Both the position numbers and the translations under genes were made by a program. DNA of 64,000 bases from Nymphaea colorata (taxonomy: Eukaryota), in NCBI RefSeq assembly GCF_008831285.2, contig NC_045138.2:33294001-33358000 (forward strand). The letters run 5' to 3'. The stretch's first letter is position 1, and each line of letters begins with the position of its first letter. Under the pieces are notes generated by a model. That model saw nothing but the letters and a program-made list of their open reading frames with translations. It was not told the origin of the DNA and did not search any database. Positions 25,972 through 37,501 of this stretch are shown one piece after another.

Positions 25972-27158
25972 CAAGTAACGGGGTGGGTTGATTACAACAA
26001 AAAACTGAAAAGATGCCACTCATCCTGAAAGAATTGTCAAACTCGAGAAACAATTCATCCCTTCCAAGCATGAATGCTCCCAGTAGGAGACAGCAAGAAT
26101 ATACTGGTGCAACTTTCTTGGGGAATTGTATGCTTCACTTGTGTGGCCAGTTTCAGCGTAGATTTTATTGTTTTCCTTCTATCATGGCATCCATTAACTG
26201 CTCAAGCCTTTTTTGCTCAATTGATTTTTTTCCGACGGGAAAACTTTAGGCAACGTCCATTAGTGGTTCCAACCGTGTTTAAAGGCTCAAATGTTATATT
26301 TTAAAGAGGGACAACTCTCACACGAGTAAGGCAAATTTTCATAGTGAAGGAATCCTTGAAGGTGCATCAATCGTAACCGTTTAGTCCTTATCTTTCATTT
26401 TTCAAGGAGCAATACTAATGCTCAATCTTCAGTCCAAAAGGCAGGAAGAGAGGACAACAGAAAATATCAGACGACAATATCCAACTGTTCAGGAAGAAAA
26501 GACTGTCAGACATTGTGCCTGTGAATGAACTGCATATAACCAATTTAGTGATAAAATGTTATACAAAAAACAGAACGAACTCGGATACATTAGAGAAGCC
26601 AGATAAGCAAGAGATTGGTAGTCCAGTCGAATGCTCTGAGATGGGGTAACTGACGCAAAATCCATAGTGTAAAAACCAGCCCTTATTTCGGGGCAACACC
26701 AAACAACTGAATGTGGAACTTCCTGATTGAAAGACGATCTGTGAATGGAACTCTGCAACTTTGAAAGCACCCAGTTGTTATGGAGAAGAGGCAAGTAATG
26801 CATGGGCAATACCCACTAGATTCAAATGAGTGTCACAACCACGCAACCAAGATCACCATGTAGGAGTCGAGCACACAAAATTCACAAGATAGCAATAGAC
26901 CATATATTGTCTAATAATTAACTTCCATTTATATTTTAACACAAAGCACGGATTCTTCAATATATAAACTCAAATGTTTGTATATAGTTCTACTAGTATA
27001 AGAATCTACAACAACGTGAAGCTTTTTTTCTTTTTTTTTTTAGCATAATCTATTTATTAGAATCCATGGTAAAAGGGAAATCATTAATAATGATGAGACA
27101 CAATCATCAGTACCGCTACCACACAATTGAAAGCATGTCGACTAAAGTTGGTGGGTGG

Positions 27159-29603
27159 TCATACTGAATTGACCGATGAGCTTTGAGCATGAGAAGTGCT
27201 TGAATTAATGGTCTGCGGTTTAGAACTTCTGTCAGAACCTTCAGAGAAGAAGACAATGTTTTCATGATGGTCGACAAGAACCTGAAGAGACCTCGGCACA
27301 GGCGGCTTGCCAAACTCCAAGAGTTTCTCAAAAACCTGAACTACTTGCCCCATGGAGGGCCTAGAATTCTCTTCATCCTGAATACACCATATAGCAACTC
27401 TACAAGCTATGGTGAGCTCTCCTAAATCGGCTTCACCTTCCAATCTAGGATCAAGCAACTCAAACTCTTCGCCCTCAAGAATCTTGTTCGCAGCCCAAGT
27501 AGGAAAATACCCGACCTTCCCATCCTCAGAGTGCTCCACATTTCTTCTCCCTGAGATCAATTCTAACAGCATCATTCCATAGCTATAAACGTCGGCCTTA
27601 GTCGTAATTGGCAAACCGGAGAGCCATTCTGGTGCAAGGTAACCCCTTGTGCCTCTGAAAGTTGTCAAGACCCGGCTAAATTCTCGACCTAAGAGCTTGG
27701 CCAACCCAAAATCAGCGACCTTGGGGCAGAATTGAGCATCAAGGAGGATGTTTTCTGGCTTGATATCACAATGTATGATGCAGTCTCTACATTTTTCATG
27801 AAGGTAACTTATTCCTCTTGCTGTCCCAACAGCAATTTCATATCTTGTTCTCCAATTCAGTGGTTCAGAATTGAAATTAAACAGATGGAAATCCAATGAT
27901 CCGCTCTGCATGAAATCATAAACAAGCAACCTTTTCATACCTTCTGAGCAAAACCCACGAAGGCGAACGAGATTGACATGTTGGATTGTCCCGAGTGTGC
28001 TGACCTCAGTTCTGAATTGCTTCTCCCCTTGCCTCGGGCCTTCTAGTTTCTTTACAGCAACAATTGATGAATCAGGCAGAGTTCCCTTGAAAACGGAGCC
28101 AAAACCGCCTCCTCCCAACTTATCTGAGAAATTTTTTGTCGCAGTTTGCAAATCTTTATATCTAAAAGATACTAGCATTCCCTGCATCTTTGAATCCTGA
28201 GAGCTTGAGAGCTTTCTGAATATCCAAACCAACAACCAAATGATCACTAGAATAGCCAGAACATTGCCTACCGAGACTCCAATAATCACAGTAGCAGCAT
28301 TTTTCTTATTAAGCCCTCTGTCCAGCGTCTCCAAATTAGAAACACGAACATAAATACTGTTTTCATTACCAACAGACTGCTGCCGGAGATTCAGAAGGTC
28401 TCCTTTCCATATTAAGCACCCACTCTTTTGATAAGAGTAGGCAGTACATGAACAATCTTCTTGGCAAGCTGATTTACAACTCTCGGCATTGCTCACTCTC
28501 ACTGTACTAGAATTTACAGAAGAGTTCAGCCCCGGTTGCAAGGAAAATTGATCTCTCTCACACTGCAATGCGAACTTTCTCCTGCAACCTTCAGACCAAT
28601 CCGACAATCCCCAGTCTTGAGGAGATGCTGGTTCAAACCCGTCAATGCAATTACAAGGATTCTGCTTATCCTGATCACAAACCCCAAAATCTCCACAGAG
28701 ACCATATACTTCACATTGCTCTTTTGGTTGTGCCCATATTGCGATCCACTGTTGTACTTCTTTGCTCCATGTCAATTGCATGATCCGCCCAGAGGGGCCT
28801 ATCACAAACTTTGTCACGATGCTGCTATTGACCCAGTACGTGAAGTATTGACCTTTGTCGTTTGAAACAAAGCTGAAATTGTAGATATATTTGACTGCCA
28901 TTTCAGTCACCCCAGTGAAAGACTGATTGTTCCAACGTCCAGTCGTCCAGTATTTTTGGGTCCTATTCCAGAACAAGAAATATTGGGAAGCTCCATCCCG
29001 ATCAAGCTCTAGAGAGAACGGTCCAGGAGAGGGATCCTTTTCATTTTTCCACGAAATGAGCATTTGATACTCGTTTGTTACCTTATTTAGTCCCAGACTT
29101 CCACCAGGCAACCAAGTATGCGTCGGGTGACCGAAACTGTCCCACACAATATTGTTAGAAGAATTAGCATCTCTCAGGACAAGATTACCACTGTCTTCAA
29201 GGACAACAATTCTTGAAGGTGAACTTGGAGTTGAAGTCACGTTCGTAGACCAAGAGATGACTTTTGATTGTGTCAGAAGGACCAAGTTGCCATCTTCTGA
29301 GATCTTGAACTCCGCTGTGTTGTCCTGGAGAGGATTGTCTCTATTGGCTACCCACACCACGTTGTCGGTTGGAATTTGCTTGTACCAGATGCCCAGGTAG
29401 TATCTTTTTGGGTTGCCAAGGACGAAGTACCCCAACTCAAATATGCCACCGGAGGAAGCAATTTTCTGGTTCCCCGTGAGAGCTTGGCCTGGAGAGATGG
29501 TGTTTGCTGCAAAAGTTGGACCTTGGTAGCAGTAGATAAGTAGAGGCCACAATAGCAGAATACGAGAACCCATAGCCCCACCCCAAACCAACACCGCCTC
29601 CAA
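27159..29603 (-). CDS. G-type lectin S-receptor-like Ser/Thr kinase (SD2 type, intronless), copy B, ~804-814 aa
   Basis: Same domain architecture as 13303-15729. The ORF track starts at a TTG; the true start is probably the ATG at 29573 (MGSRILLLWPLL). Confidence 0.96.
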   Translation of the reverse strand: MEAVLVWGGAMGSRILLLWPLLIYCYQGPTFAANTISPGQALTGNQKIASSGGIFELGYFVLGNPKRYYLGIWYKQIPTDNVVWVANRDNPLQDNTAEFKISEDGNLVLLTQSKVISWSTNVTSTPSSPSRIVVLEDSGNLVLRDANSSNNIVWDSFGHPTHTWLPGGSLGLNKVTNEYQMLISWKNEKDPSPGPFSLELDRDGASQYFLFWNRTQKYWTTGRWNNQSFTGVTEMAVKYIYNFSFVSNDKGQYFTYWVNSSIVTKFVIGPSGRIMQLTWSKEVQQWIAIWAQPKEQCEVYGLCGDFGVCDQDKQNPCNCIDGFEPASPQDWGLSDWSEGCRRKFALQCERDQFSLQPGLNSSVNSSTVRVSNAESCKSACQEDCSCTAYSYQKSGCLIWKGDLLNLRQQSVGNENSIYVRVSNLETLDRGLNKKNAATVIIGVSVGNVLAILVIIWLLVWIFRKLSSSQDSKMQGMLVSFRYKDLQTATKNFSDKLGGGGFGSVFKGTLPDSSIVAVKKLEGPRQGEKQFRTEVSTLGTIQHVNLVRLRGFCSEGMKRLLVYDFMQSGSLDFHLFNFNSEPLNWRTRYEIAVGTARGISYLHEKCRDCIIHCDIKPENILLDAQFCPKVADFGLAKLLGREFSRVLTTFRGTRGYLAPEWLSGLPITTKADVYSYGMMLLELISGRRNVEHSEDGKVGYFPTWAANKILEGEEFELLDPRLEGEADLGELTIACRVAIWCIQDEENSRPSMGQVVQVFEKLLEFGKPPVPRSLQVLVDHHENIVFFSEGSDRSSKPQTINSSTSHAQSSSVNSV

Positions 29604-31911
29604 GTAGCAAATAGGTAGTTATCTCTGTATCCAGACTTAGTGGACAGCAAACTCCAACTATCAGAGGGTTTCTCACAAAAGAGTAGGAGTTGCTCAACAG
29701 GAGGGGAGGTTGGCAAAAAGCAAGAAGTACAAGGAATGAGTTCCACCTGATTTCAGTAGTGCCCCAAATTCTATATCTTGGCGACAATGTACTGCTATCA
29801 GTTTGGTCAAGTCTACTACCCGCAACCCACGCCCGTTGATCAATCTTTTGTTAAGTCCCAAGTCGACTAATGTTACAAATTGCAGGTCAAGTGATATTCT
29901 TTTGGAAAGAGAAGTGACTACATCAAAATTGCCTGGCGTAAGGGTAATACGGTACCTTGTGGGGCCAGTACCTCAATGAAATCCGATACTGAGCAATCAA
30001 AGGCTTTGGTATGTGTCGCTCCTCGGTCTCCTCGTACGTCATCTGCCGTCCATAAAAAGGAGTTATAAATTTTCCATTGATAAACATTTATTTATGCCGC
30101 GTATCATTATTCGTGGCTTTTATTGTGGGATGCTTGACTCAATTACGTAATTTTCTTCTAATTAAATTGGCTAGATCCGTAAAAAATTAAAATGTATGTG
30201 TTAAGACGTTCAAAAGCAGGCTGTCCCAGTTTTCGTACAAATGGTAATGAAAATAATAAATCTAAAAGGTTGTTTGATTCCACGGAACAGAAACGGACGA
30301 CCTAGGACACAGTCTTCTCTTCCACAGTTCCACTGTCCCACCACCGTTTGAGTGGAGGTTGCCTGCAAGGCGTTGTGTAGGACAAAGGAACGCGATATTC
30401 GCCTCTTGTTTTTCACCCCAACCCTATGTAAGCTCGTAGGTGTAAGGTGAGTATTCCTCAACCTCACCTTGGATGATGCCAATCAACGTCAAACTAAAGA
30501 CGGAACAAAGATAAGGTCAATAAATAGCATAGTTGTAAGAAACTTTTGTTCACCACCTCTCGTCTCACATTTAAGATGACAACTTATTGAACATAATACT
30601 GACGTCTCCGTTTGAGGTCATAATTGCTCTGGATCGATAACGAATAACGTCAGTCATCAGCATATGTTGAAACATAGTTGAGATTGCACATCCTACACTA
30701 ACTACAGTAACTAAATTTGCAGGATCGGACATCCAATTTAGGATATGGCACTTAAAATAGAGCGGATCTAATCCAAATTGAACCCAAATAAAAAATTTAC
30801 GTAACATCGGCCCCTTTGAGTAACTTTTCAATGTCTTGGAATAAAGTAGGACCGTCAAATGAAGGTAGCGTCCCTCATATTTGTCTAACTGTGTTCGGAA
30901 AAGAGAAAAAAGACAGATTGCTTAGAAAGCCCTTATGGCCAACACATAATGGTCTATTTGGTGGTTCATGTGAGACAAACGGGGACACAGGCCAATGGAC
31001 TGGAGAATACATACGAACAACAGGTGCCCAAAGATCTAGAAGTTTAAAGGAACCACACTTGCGGACCTGGATGTTCACTGTTCAGTCTCCTTATAATATA
31101 TATTACATTAAAAAACAAGAAAAAAGGGCCGCGAGTTATCCGAAACAGCTAAATAGGCATACGAATTTTTAAAACAAGTGAATTTTGGAAATATCATGCT
31201 ATGCATGAAACTGACTCAGCCTATGGATAATTGCGACGCAGGTTCAGTCGAACATATGAACCAGAAACTAGAGCTGGAAAACCTAACCGAGCCTGCCAAT
31301 CAAAAGTCAGGTTCATCTACCGCTCATCTCATGTCTCGTCAATCGTGCTTAGCAGTTGATAGATTCCAAGTTACTAAAAAATAAATTAAAATGGTGACTG
31401 GGAATTTAGTGTTGGACTTACTTGTTGAAGTCCAAGTTATTTGTCAATGAAGCACATGTGAACTCGTCGATCTGCACTTCTATACGAGGCAGTAGAAGTT
31501 ACCGGTAAGTGCAAGAAGACGACAATCTTGAGCAAAGCATTGTTCTGTTTCAAGCATTCAGGACACGAGTCAACTTCTTTAGTAATTAGTGAGGAACATG
31601 CCCAACATGCAGAACCCAAGCTTCTATAAACTGCATGACCAACTACTCAATCTTTCACAATTTGAGTCACTGCGATGGAGCTCAACATCATCGTGCCATG
31701 TTGCAAGACGATAGAAGCTCAGGTCCTCCAATCAGCAACCTCAGCTCTTCATAGGGCTGCAGAAGTTGAGAATTTGCGGCTTCACCAGATTTTAGTCCAT
31801 GAGTTTCGTCTGTTACCTCATCAATCAGAGAGAAGAAATTCAAATAGTGCCAACGTTTCACCAGTCACCTGGCTTTTAAACTTCTATGCACAGGTTAGAG
31901 ACCAGGTTGTA

Positions 31912-34900
31912 TCAATAGAAGTTATCATTGTGGTCAATCTTCACACCACGCACTCTTCTTCTTATTTTGCTTATCATGCTCCTCTGGACACCCAATACTT
32001 TTGGTGAGTCGGCCCTTAGTTTACATCCCTTCAGTAGTCCAGATATGTTTATCTGTTTATCAATTCCGAAGGCCTTATCGCACTCTAAGACTGATTCAGC
32101 TTTCCAAGCCACAGACAGGCCCAACTTTCCCCTTGAATCTTTGCAACAGAGGTTGTCTGACTCGTCTTTGCACAGATGATCCAAGTAATGGCGTGGGTTG
32201 ATGCAACAGAAAGCTGAGGAAACGATGCCACTTATCCTGGAAGGATTGACATACTTAAGGAACTCTTCAATCTCTTTGAAGCATGAATGCTCTGAGTAGG
32301 AGACAGCAAACATATGCTGGTGCAACTTTCTTGGCGATTTAAATATTTCACTTGAGTGGCCAGTTTCAGCAAAGATATCACTGCCTTCCTTGCATAATGA
32401 TACGCATGAATAGCTCAAGCTTTTTTGGTCTAAGAATTTTTTTCCCCATGGAAGACCTGTAGGTAGTATTGCGATAGTGGGCCGCACTGTGTTCAAAGAC
32501 TCGATGGTTTCAAATGTCAGACTGTAACGAGGGACAGCTCTCACACGAGTAAGGCAAGTTTTTGTAGTGAAAGCATCCTCGAAACCTAGAAGGTGCATCA
32601 CTCGCAAACGTTCAGGCCATACCCATATCTGTGATTTTTCAGAAAATGCATGTTTTCAGTCCAACGGCAGGAAAGTAAAGGACTAGAGACACCGAAAGAT
32701 AACAATATGCAACTGTTTACAACTGGAAGGACAGGCTGCACCAGACATTGTGCCCACAAATAAACTGTACAAATCAATTTAATGATACATACAATGGCGA
32801 TCAACCCAGATATGTTAGAAAAACCAGACAAGCAGGAGAATCGTAGGTGAGTTGCATTAAGTGGGATGCAGTAACTGAGACAGAATTCAAAAGGGCAATA
32901 AGTAGACTCTACTTTAGGACAGATCAAACAAGCAAGACAACCTCAGACCCCTATGAGCAGCAATCAAGCTTATGATGGCAGAACTTTCCCATTTCCAAAC
33001 AATTGATGTGTAACTTCCTGACCCAAAGATGGTTCCTGAATAGAACAACTTTGAAAATTGAAATTACCCAGTAGTTCTAGAGGAGAGTTTGGGCTTATTT
33101 GTGAAGTGATCCGCGTGGGGAAAAAATGTATATGCATTCAGGGGAGAATGGAAACCAACCTTTGTGTTTAGCATCTGCGAGATGTGAAGCAGCAGGTCCT
33201 CTTTACCAAGATTATCAACACCAATGACAAAATCATGATGAGGGTGGGACGTCATGATATCAACTACCTGTTGATCACCAGAGACCAAACCACCATACAC
33301 ATGGATTATCCATCGAAAGATAAATTTATCAGCAGTTTGCAATTAGCAAAAATGTGTTCACCATCCTGTCATGCATTATACAGATAATTTCAGGAACATA
33401 AAGTATCAAAAGCAAACAAAACAAAATTATCTGTGACAGGCAAAGCTAATCGTTTTGAATTGTGAAGTAAAAAGTGATATTTTGATTAAATAACCAAGGC
33501 AGAAATATAACATATACCAACGGAACCATTAGAAAGACAAGACCTTGATTTGACAAGTGCTCCATGAGTTCATCTGGGGATGACAAACACTCATAGGCAT
33601 GGGCAATAAGTAGGAAGCGAGGTTTTTACAAGCACATGAAGCAACAATTTTTCAAGTGAATATCGAAACTTCTTTTTTCTGCTATTACATGGGAAGAATT
33701 TGATCACAAGAAACCTGTTGTAGGAGAAGACACTAAACAAAATATACGCAACTCACCAAAAAAGAAATCATGTTATAACTCAATGACTTAGTCAAATTTT
33801 CCAATAGCACAACGTTTAGACTTCACCTCTTGTAAACTTTCTTTACAATGATAAACAAAATAAGGCAAGTTTTTTTTCTAATAGTAATAGTCATCTTGGG
33901 ATGCAACTTCCACATTGACAAAATATCAATCCAAATTATCTGTGCTCTTAGTAATCTTATCAGCCGATGTAGGAATGCAACCGTATATCAAATCACTAAA
34001 GAATAAGAAAAGAACAGTAAAGAATATTTTGTTCACATTAAGCAATCAAATATATTATTATCTTCAAAAGCATGTCAGATTCTATGAAGTATGATCGCAC
34101 CTGCTGAGCTGCAACTTTACGAGGGGGAAATGAAAATGATGGATTGCAATAAGTATTATCCATGTAAAGAAGATCCAGTTTCTTATCACCAAGGGCATTA
34201 AGGAGAATATTTTTCCCTTCAACAGCCTTCATATCTCCGATCTCCCAACGAAAATCACCAGTGTATAGCACAGAACCAAATTGTCCACGAAACAAATACA
34301 TTAGAGCACCTGCATAATCCAGAAATTATGCAAAGAAAATACAGTTACATGTTTAACAAAATAAACAACAGCTGTTTTCAGACGTAACACAAAGATCAAA
34401 CCCTACATAAGACCAACCAGGGTACAAACATAACTTCATATATGAAAAAGAGAAAAAGAAATGGATGGATGCTCGAGCCTATGCATCCTTCAAAGCTGCT
34501 TCGTAAACCTAACGCTTCTGAACATGACAAATGAAGCTTCATATGGAAGCAGCAAAACTTCCAAAATCAAAGAACGATGACCACTATAGAAGGAACCACA
34601 CTTTCTGACGTAAAATACACACATGAACATGTCTCTCTACACAGATTCACATGAACGAGCGTATGCACACTGCTCACACCACAAAGACAAGCGTATATAT
34701 GCGCCCACACGTGTACACAGAGAGATCGCATGAACATTACTTTAATTGGTAAAATTATGACATTTTTTATTAAGTTAAATGCATTATCCCACGCGAACTT
34801 CTACCAATTCCCAAGCGGTAAAATTTCAAGTGAACCGACCATGACCATTATCACAAATATCATTTACTGCGTTTTCTCAGGTATAATAAAGCAAAATTGA

Positions 34901-35851
34901 AAATCTCGGCAAGTTTTCTTTTTAAATAAATAAACCTAAAAATAAAATGTGAAAATGTGAAAAGAAGATGCAATAATAAGAAATGCGAAAAAAAATGCCA
35001 AAAAATGCGAAAAAAAATGCCAAAAAAACGTGAAAAATGCGTCTGTTATTTTTTTAGCGTCTTTTTTAAAAAAGACAGGTTGTTTCGATTAACCTATTCT
35101 TGAAGTATAAAATAGGGTTTTCTAAGAAGAAGACAGTTCTATGTGACAACGGAAACGACTACAAGGCCCACTATCACGTGAAGATCCTAGTAAATTTGGG
35201 AATTCTTGATATCTTCGGTTATTGTCAATATATGCGAATAGGATTCTCTATAAACACATTCAGCAATCTAGTTTATTATCCTCACTCGTAAAACGTACTG
35301 AACGAAGCGAAATATATGGGTGTCAGATATCTCTTCCAAAGGAAGACTGCTTTGGCACCACAAGCTCCACGCGTATTTAACCGGGACTATTCCCACTTTG
35401 AAACGCATTCCCACTTTGAAACGCATATCACACAAAAACAATATATGCGCCTAATTTAGATTATCGCCAATCCTCAAATCCACGACAGGCCCCAAGTTCC
35501 ACAGAAATGATGATCACAGACGATTAGGTCATAAAACGGCGAGATGAAGAATCGTGCACCTGGGCAATGACGAGCATCGATAGCAGTTACTTCAACAAGA
35601 ACCTTCGAATGTGAGCTCCTCGATACCAGAGTTAGGGTCTGCGGTTTACCGGCCTCAAGAACGCGAACCAGCAACATATCGAAGCCCGGAAACCTCACCG
35701 GGAACAGCCTCGCGGTGATCGGGGAGCAGTAGAGGGGTCCCTTGCTCCATTTTGGTGTCAAACCCTGGGTGTGATCCGAGTGAAGGTGAGTGAGGAAGTA
35801 AACCTGACTCACCGTCGTCCATTTGTCGACGGAGATCAACCCTTCCTCCAT
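31912..35851 (-). CDS. SNM1B: 5' exonuclease Apollo / SNM1B-like metallo-beta-lactamase beta-CASP nuclease, 4 exons, ~441 aa
   Basis: Exons 35851-35560, 34309-34101, 33267-33160 and 32628-31912 join in frame. Motifs FLTHLHSDH, DARHCPGA, YTGDFR, YMDNTYCNP, LGKEDLL, ILPTG, YSEHSCF. Confidence 0.9.
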
Positions 35852-35924
35852 TTATACGTCTGAATCCGGCGACGGCATCAGCAAGTCGCCATGGGGAAGA
35901 AGCCCGTCGGATCTAACCGCTCTG

Positions 35925-36019
35925 GCGGGAATGGCGCTGCAAATGGCATTAGAAAAGCGGAAAAATGGCGGGCTGGGGTTTGAATTCTGATTAATCTGGC
36001 CTTTTATAGGACCGCGAAA
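35925..36019 (-). promoter_or_regulatory. Apollo core promoter: TATA box with two E2F-type sites
   Basis: Minus strand: TATAAAAG at ~36001-36008, TTTCGCGG at 36012-36019 and ATTCCCGC at 35925-35932; both sites fit the E2F consensus WTTSSCSS. Confidence 0.5.
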
Positions 36020-37501
36020 ACAGAGAGCCCCCCCGCCAACTTCCCTGCCGCCGGCGCGCCTTCAATGGATCGAATCACTGTTTGTCAGAACCGATTTCCG
36101 CATCCTACCTACATTACCGCAACCAGATCCAATCCGTATCCACTATCGAGTACCATAATTATGGACCATAAACCCACCACGCATCGATCGGTACCCAAAC
36201 CCATAATAGATTCAATTTGATCCGTGTATTACTTCGAATTATGGTGCTTGGCCTACCTGTCCAATGAAATATGCCGGACTCTGAACCAAATCCTAAACGT
36301 GGTTTCGAATAAATTTCGAATTATTGAAACTTTATCAGAAGTAAAATGCACGCACATATCTTAACATTTTAGTTGGATCTAATAATACTACAAGATCCCA
36401 TCTTATCCAGGTTTATGTCGGAGACAACCACGGGTCCCGTTGTATATAATACAGATTTTCACATGATCCTCAAAGTCTTTGCGGGGATGAATACGACTAA
36501 CCTAAAATGGATCCAATACATAATCCCATAGTAACGTTGGGTTCACAGACGGACTGGGAAGGTCCCCACCCGAAACCCAAATCCATTTACTGCGACCTAC
36601 TTCTTGTCATTTATGACCATGTTGGCTGAAACCGGAGGTGTTATTTTTGTCGTATCGCCCGCGAGGAGGGGAGCGGGCGGAGGACAATTTTGTCATTTCG
36701 TCAGCCTCTAGATAAGCCAGACACCCCGCCGCGTCCTGCCCGGTCCAAATCCTCCCCTCGGATCTGATTCATGCTTCCAACAAGAAATCAAAAAACTGAT
36801 CCATAAATTCGAGGTTTGAAGTGCTTCCAATGAAGCCAAATCCACTTGGGAGCATCTGATTAAAAGACCTTATTAAAATTAATTCTTCTTTCGTACTTTT
36901 GCTTCTTGGAGACAGGAAAATATTGCTTTCGGTAAAATTTTAGAGGCAAAAGAAATTCTAAATCTGTGGGTAATTACTGAGATCTGAAACTTGGTTGAAT
37001 TTGGATATTTGACCCGGTTTACATGTGGCTTCATTCTTTTGTAGATACGGGTTGTTAGTAATCCAGACCCGAAAAAAGCAGCGACGTGAACGGGGGACGG
37101 ACGGCAATTTTGTCGTTCATGAAAACAGGAGGGGGCTTTCGGTCATTTGACAGGAGGCCTTGCGTTTCCGCCGCGGGAAAACCTGCCCTTCGTGAGCGTT
37201 AGGGGCAATCAAGGTGGGCGGTCAAGAAAGTCAGAACCCGAAACTCCCGGAATTGTACCCCGTGGATTCCCCTGTCATTTTCCCCCAAACTGACGCTCGG
37301 AGCGAAGTGGGAGAGCAAAGAGGGAAGGGGACAGGAAGAAGGAAGAAAGAGGAAAAAGAGAGTGAGGAAGGAGAAGTATCGCGCACCGGAAAGCCGAATA
37401 GAAACTCACTTCGACGACCGCGGGGATTCAATTTCGCCCTTTGGTTTTCGCTTGTGTCGGTCTGATTTCTTTCTCTTTCCCAGTTTACGTTTCCGCGGTA
37501 A

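Larger units (their letters stand above)
20453..26390 (-). pseudogene. Degenerate copy of the Apollo/SNM1B last exon, interrupted by the Copia element
   Basis: 20453-20714 and 25972-~26390 align with 31912-32628 (e.g. AAGCATGAATGCTC..AGTAGGAGACAGCAA..ATAT.CTGGTGCAACTTTCTTGG; CTCTCACACGAGTAAGGCAA). There are many substitutions and indels, and upstream exons are absent. Confidence 0.85.
12914..33087. repeat. Tandem segmental duplication: unit A ~12914-26786 (expanded by insertions), unit B ~26787-33087
   Basis: Colinear homologous pairs: 12914-13300 with 26787-27160; the two kinases; ~19170-19700 with ~30250-30790; 20110-20714 with 31420-32186; 25972-26790 with 32182-33087. Boundaries are approximate. 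Confidence 0.85.

Noticed and set aside
35389..35424. Perfect 18-bp tandem duplication in Apollo intron 1
   Set aside because: An ordinary slippage or repair scar with no sign of function.
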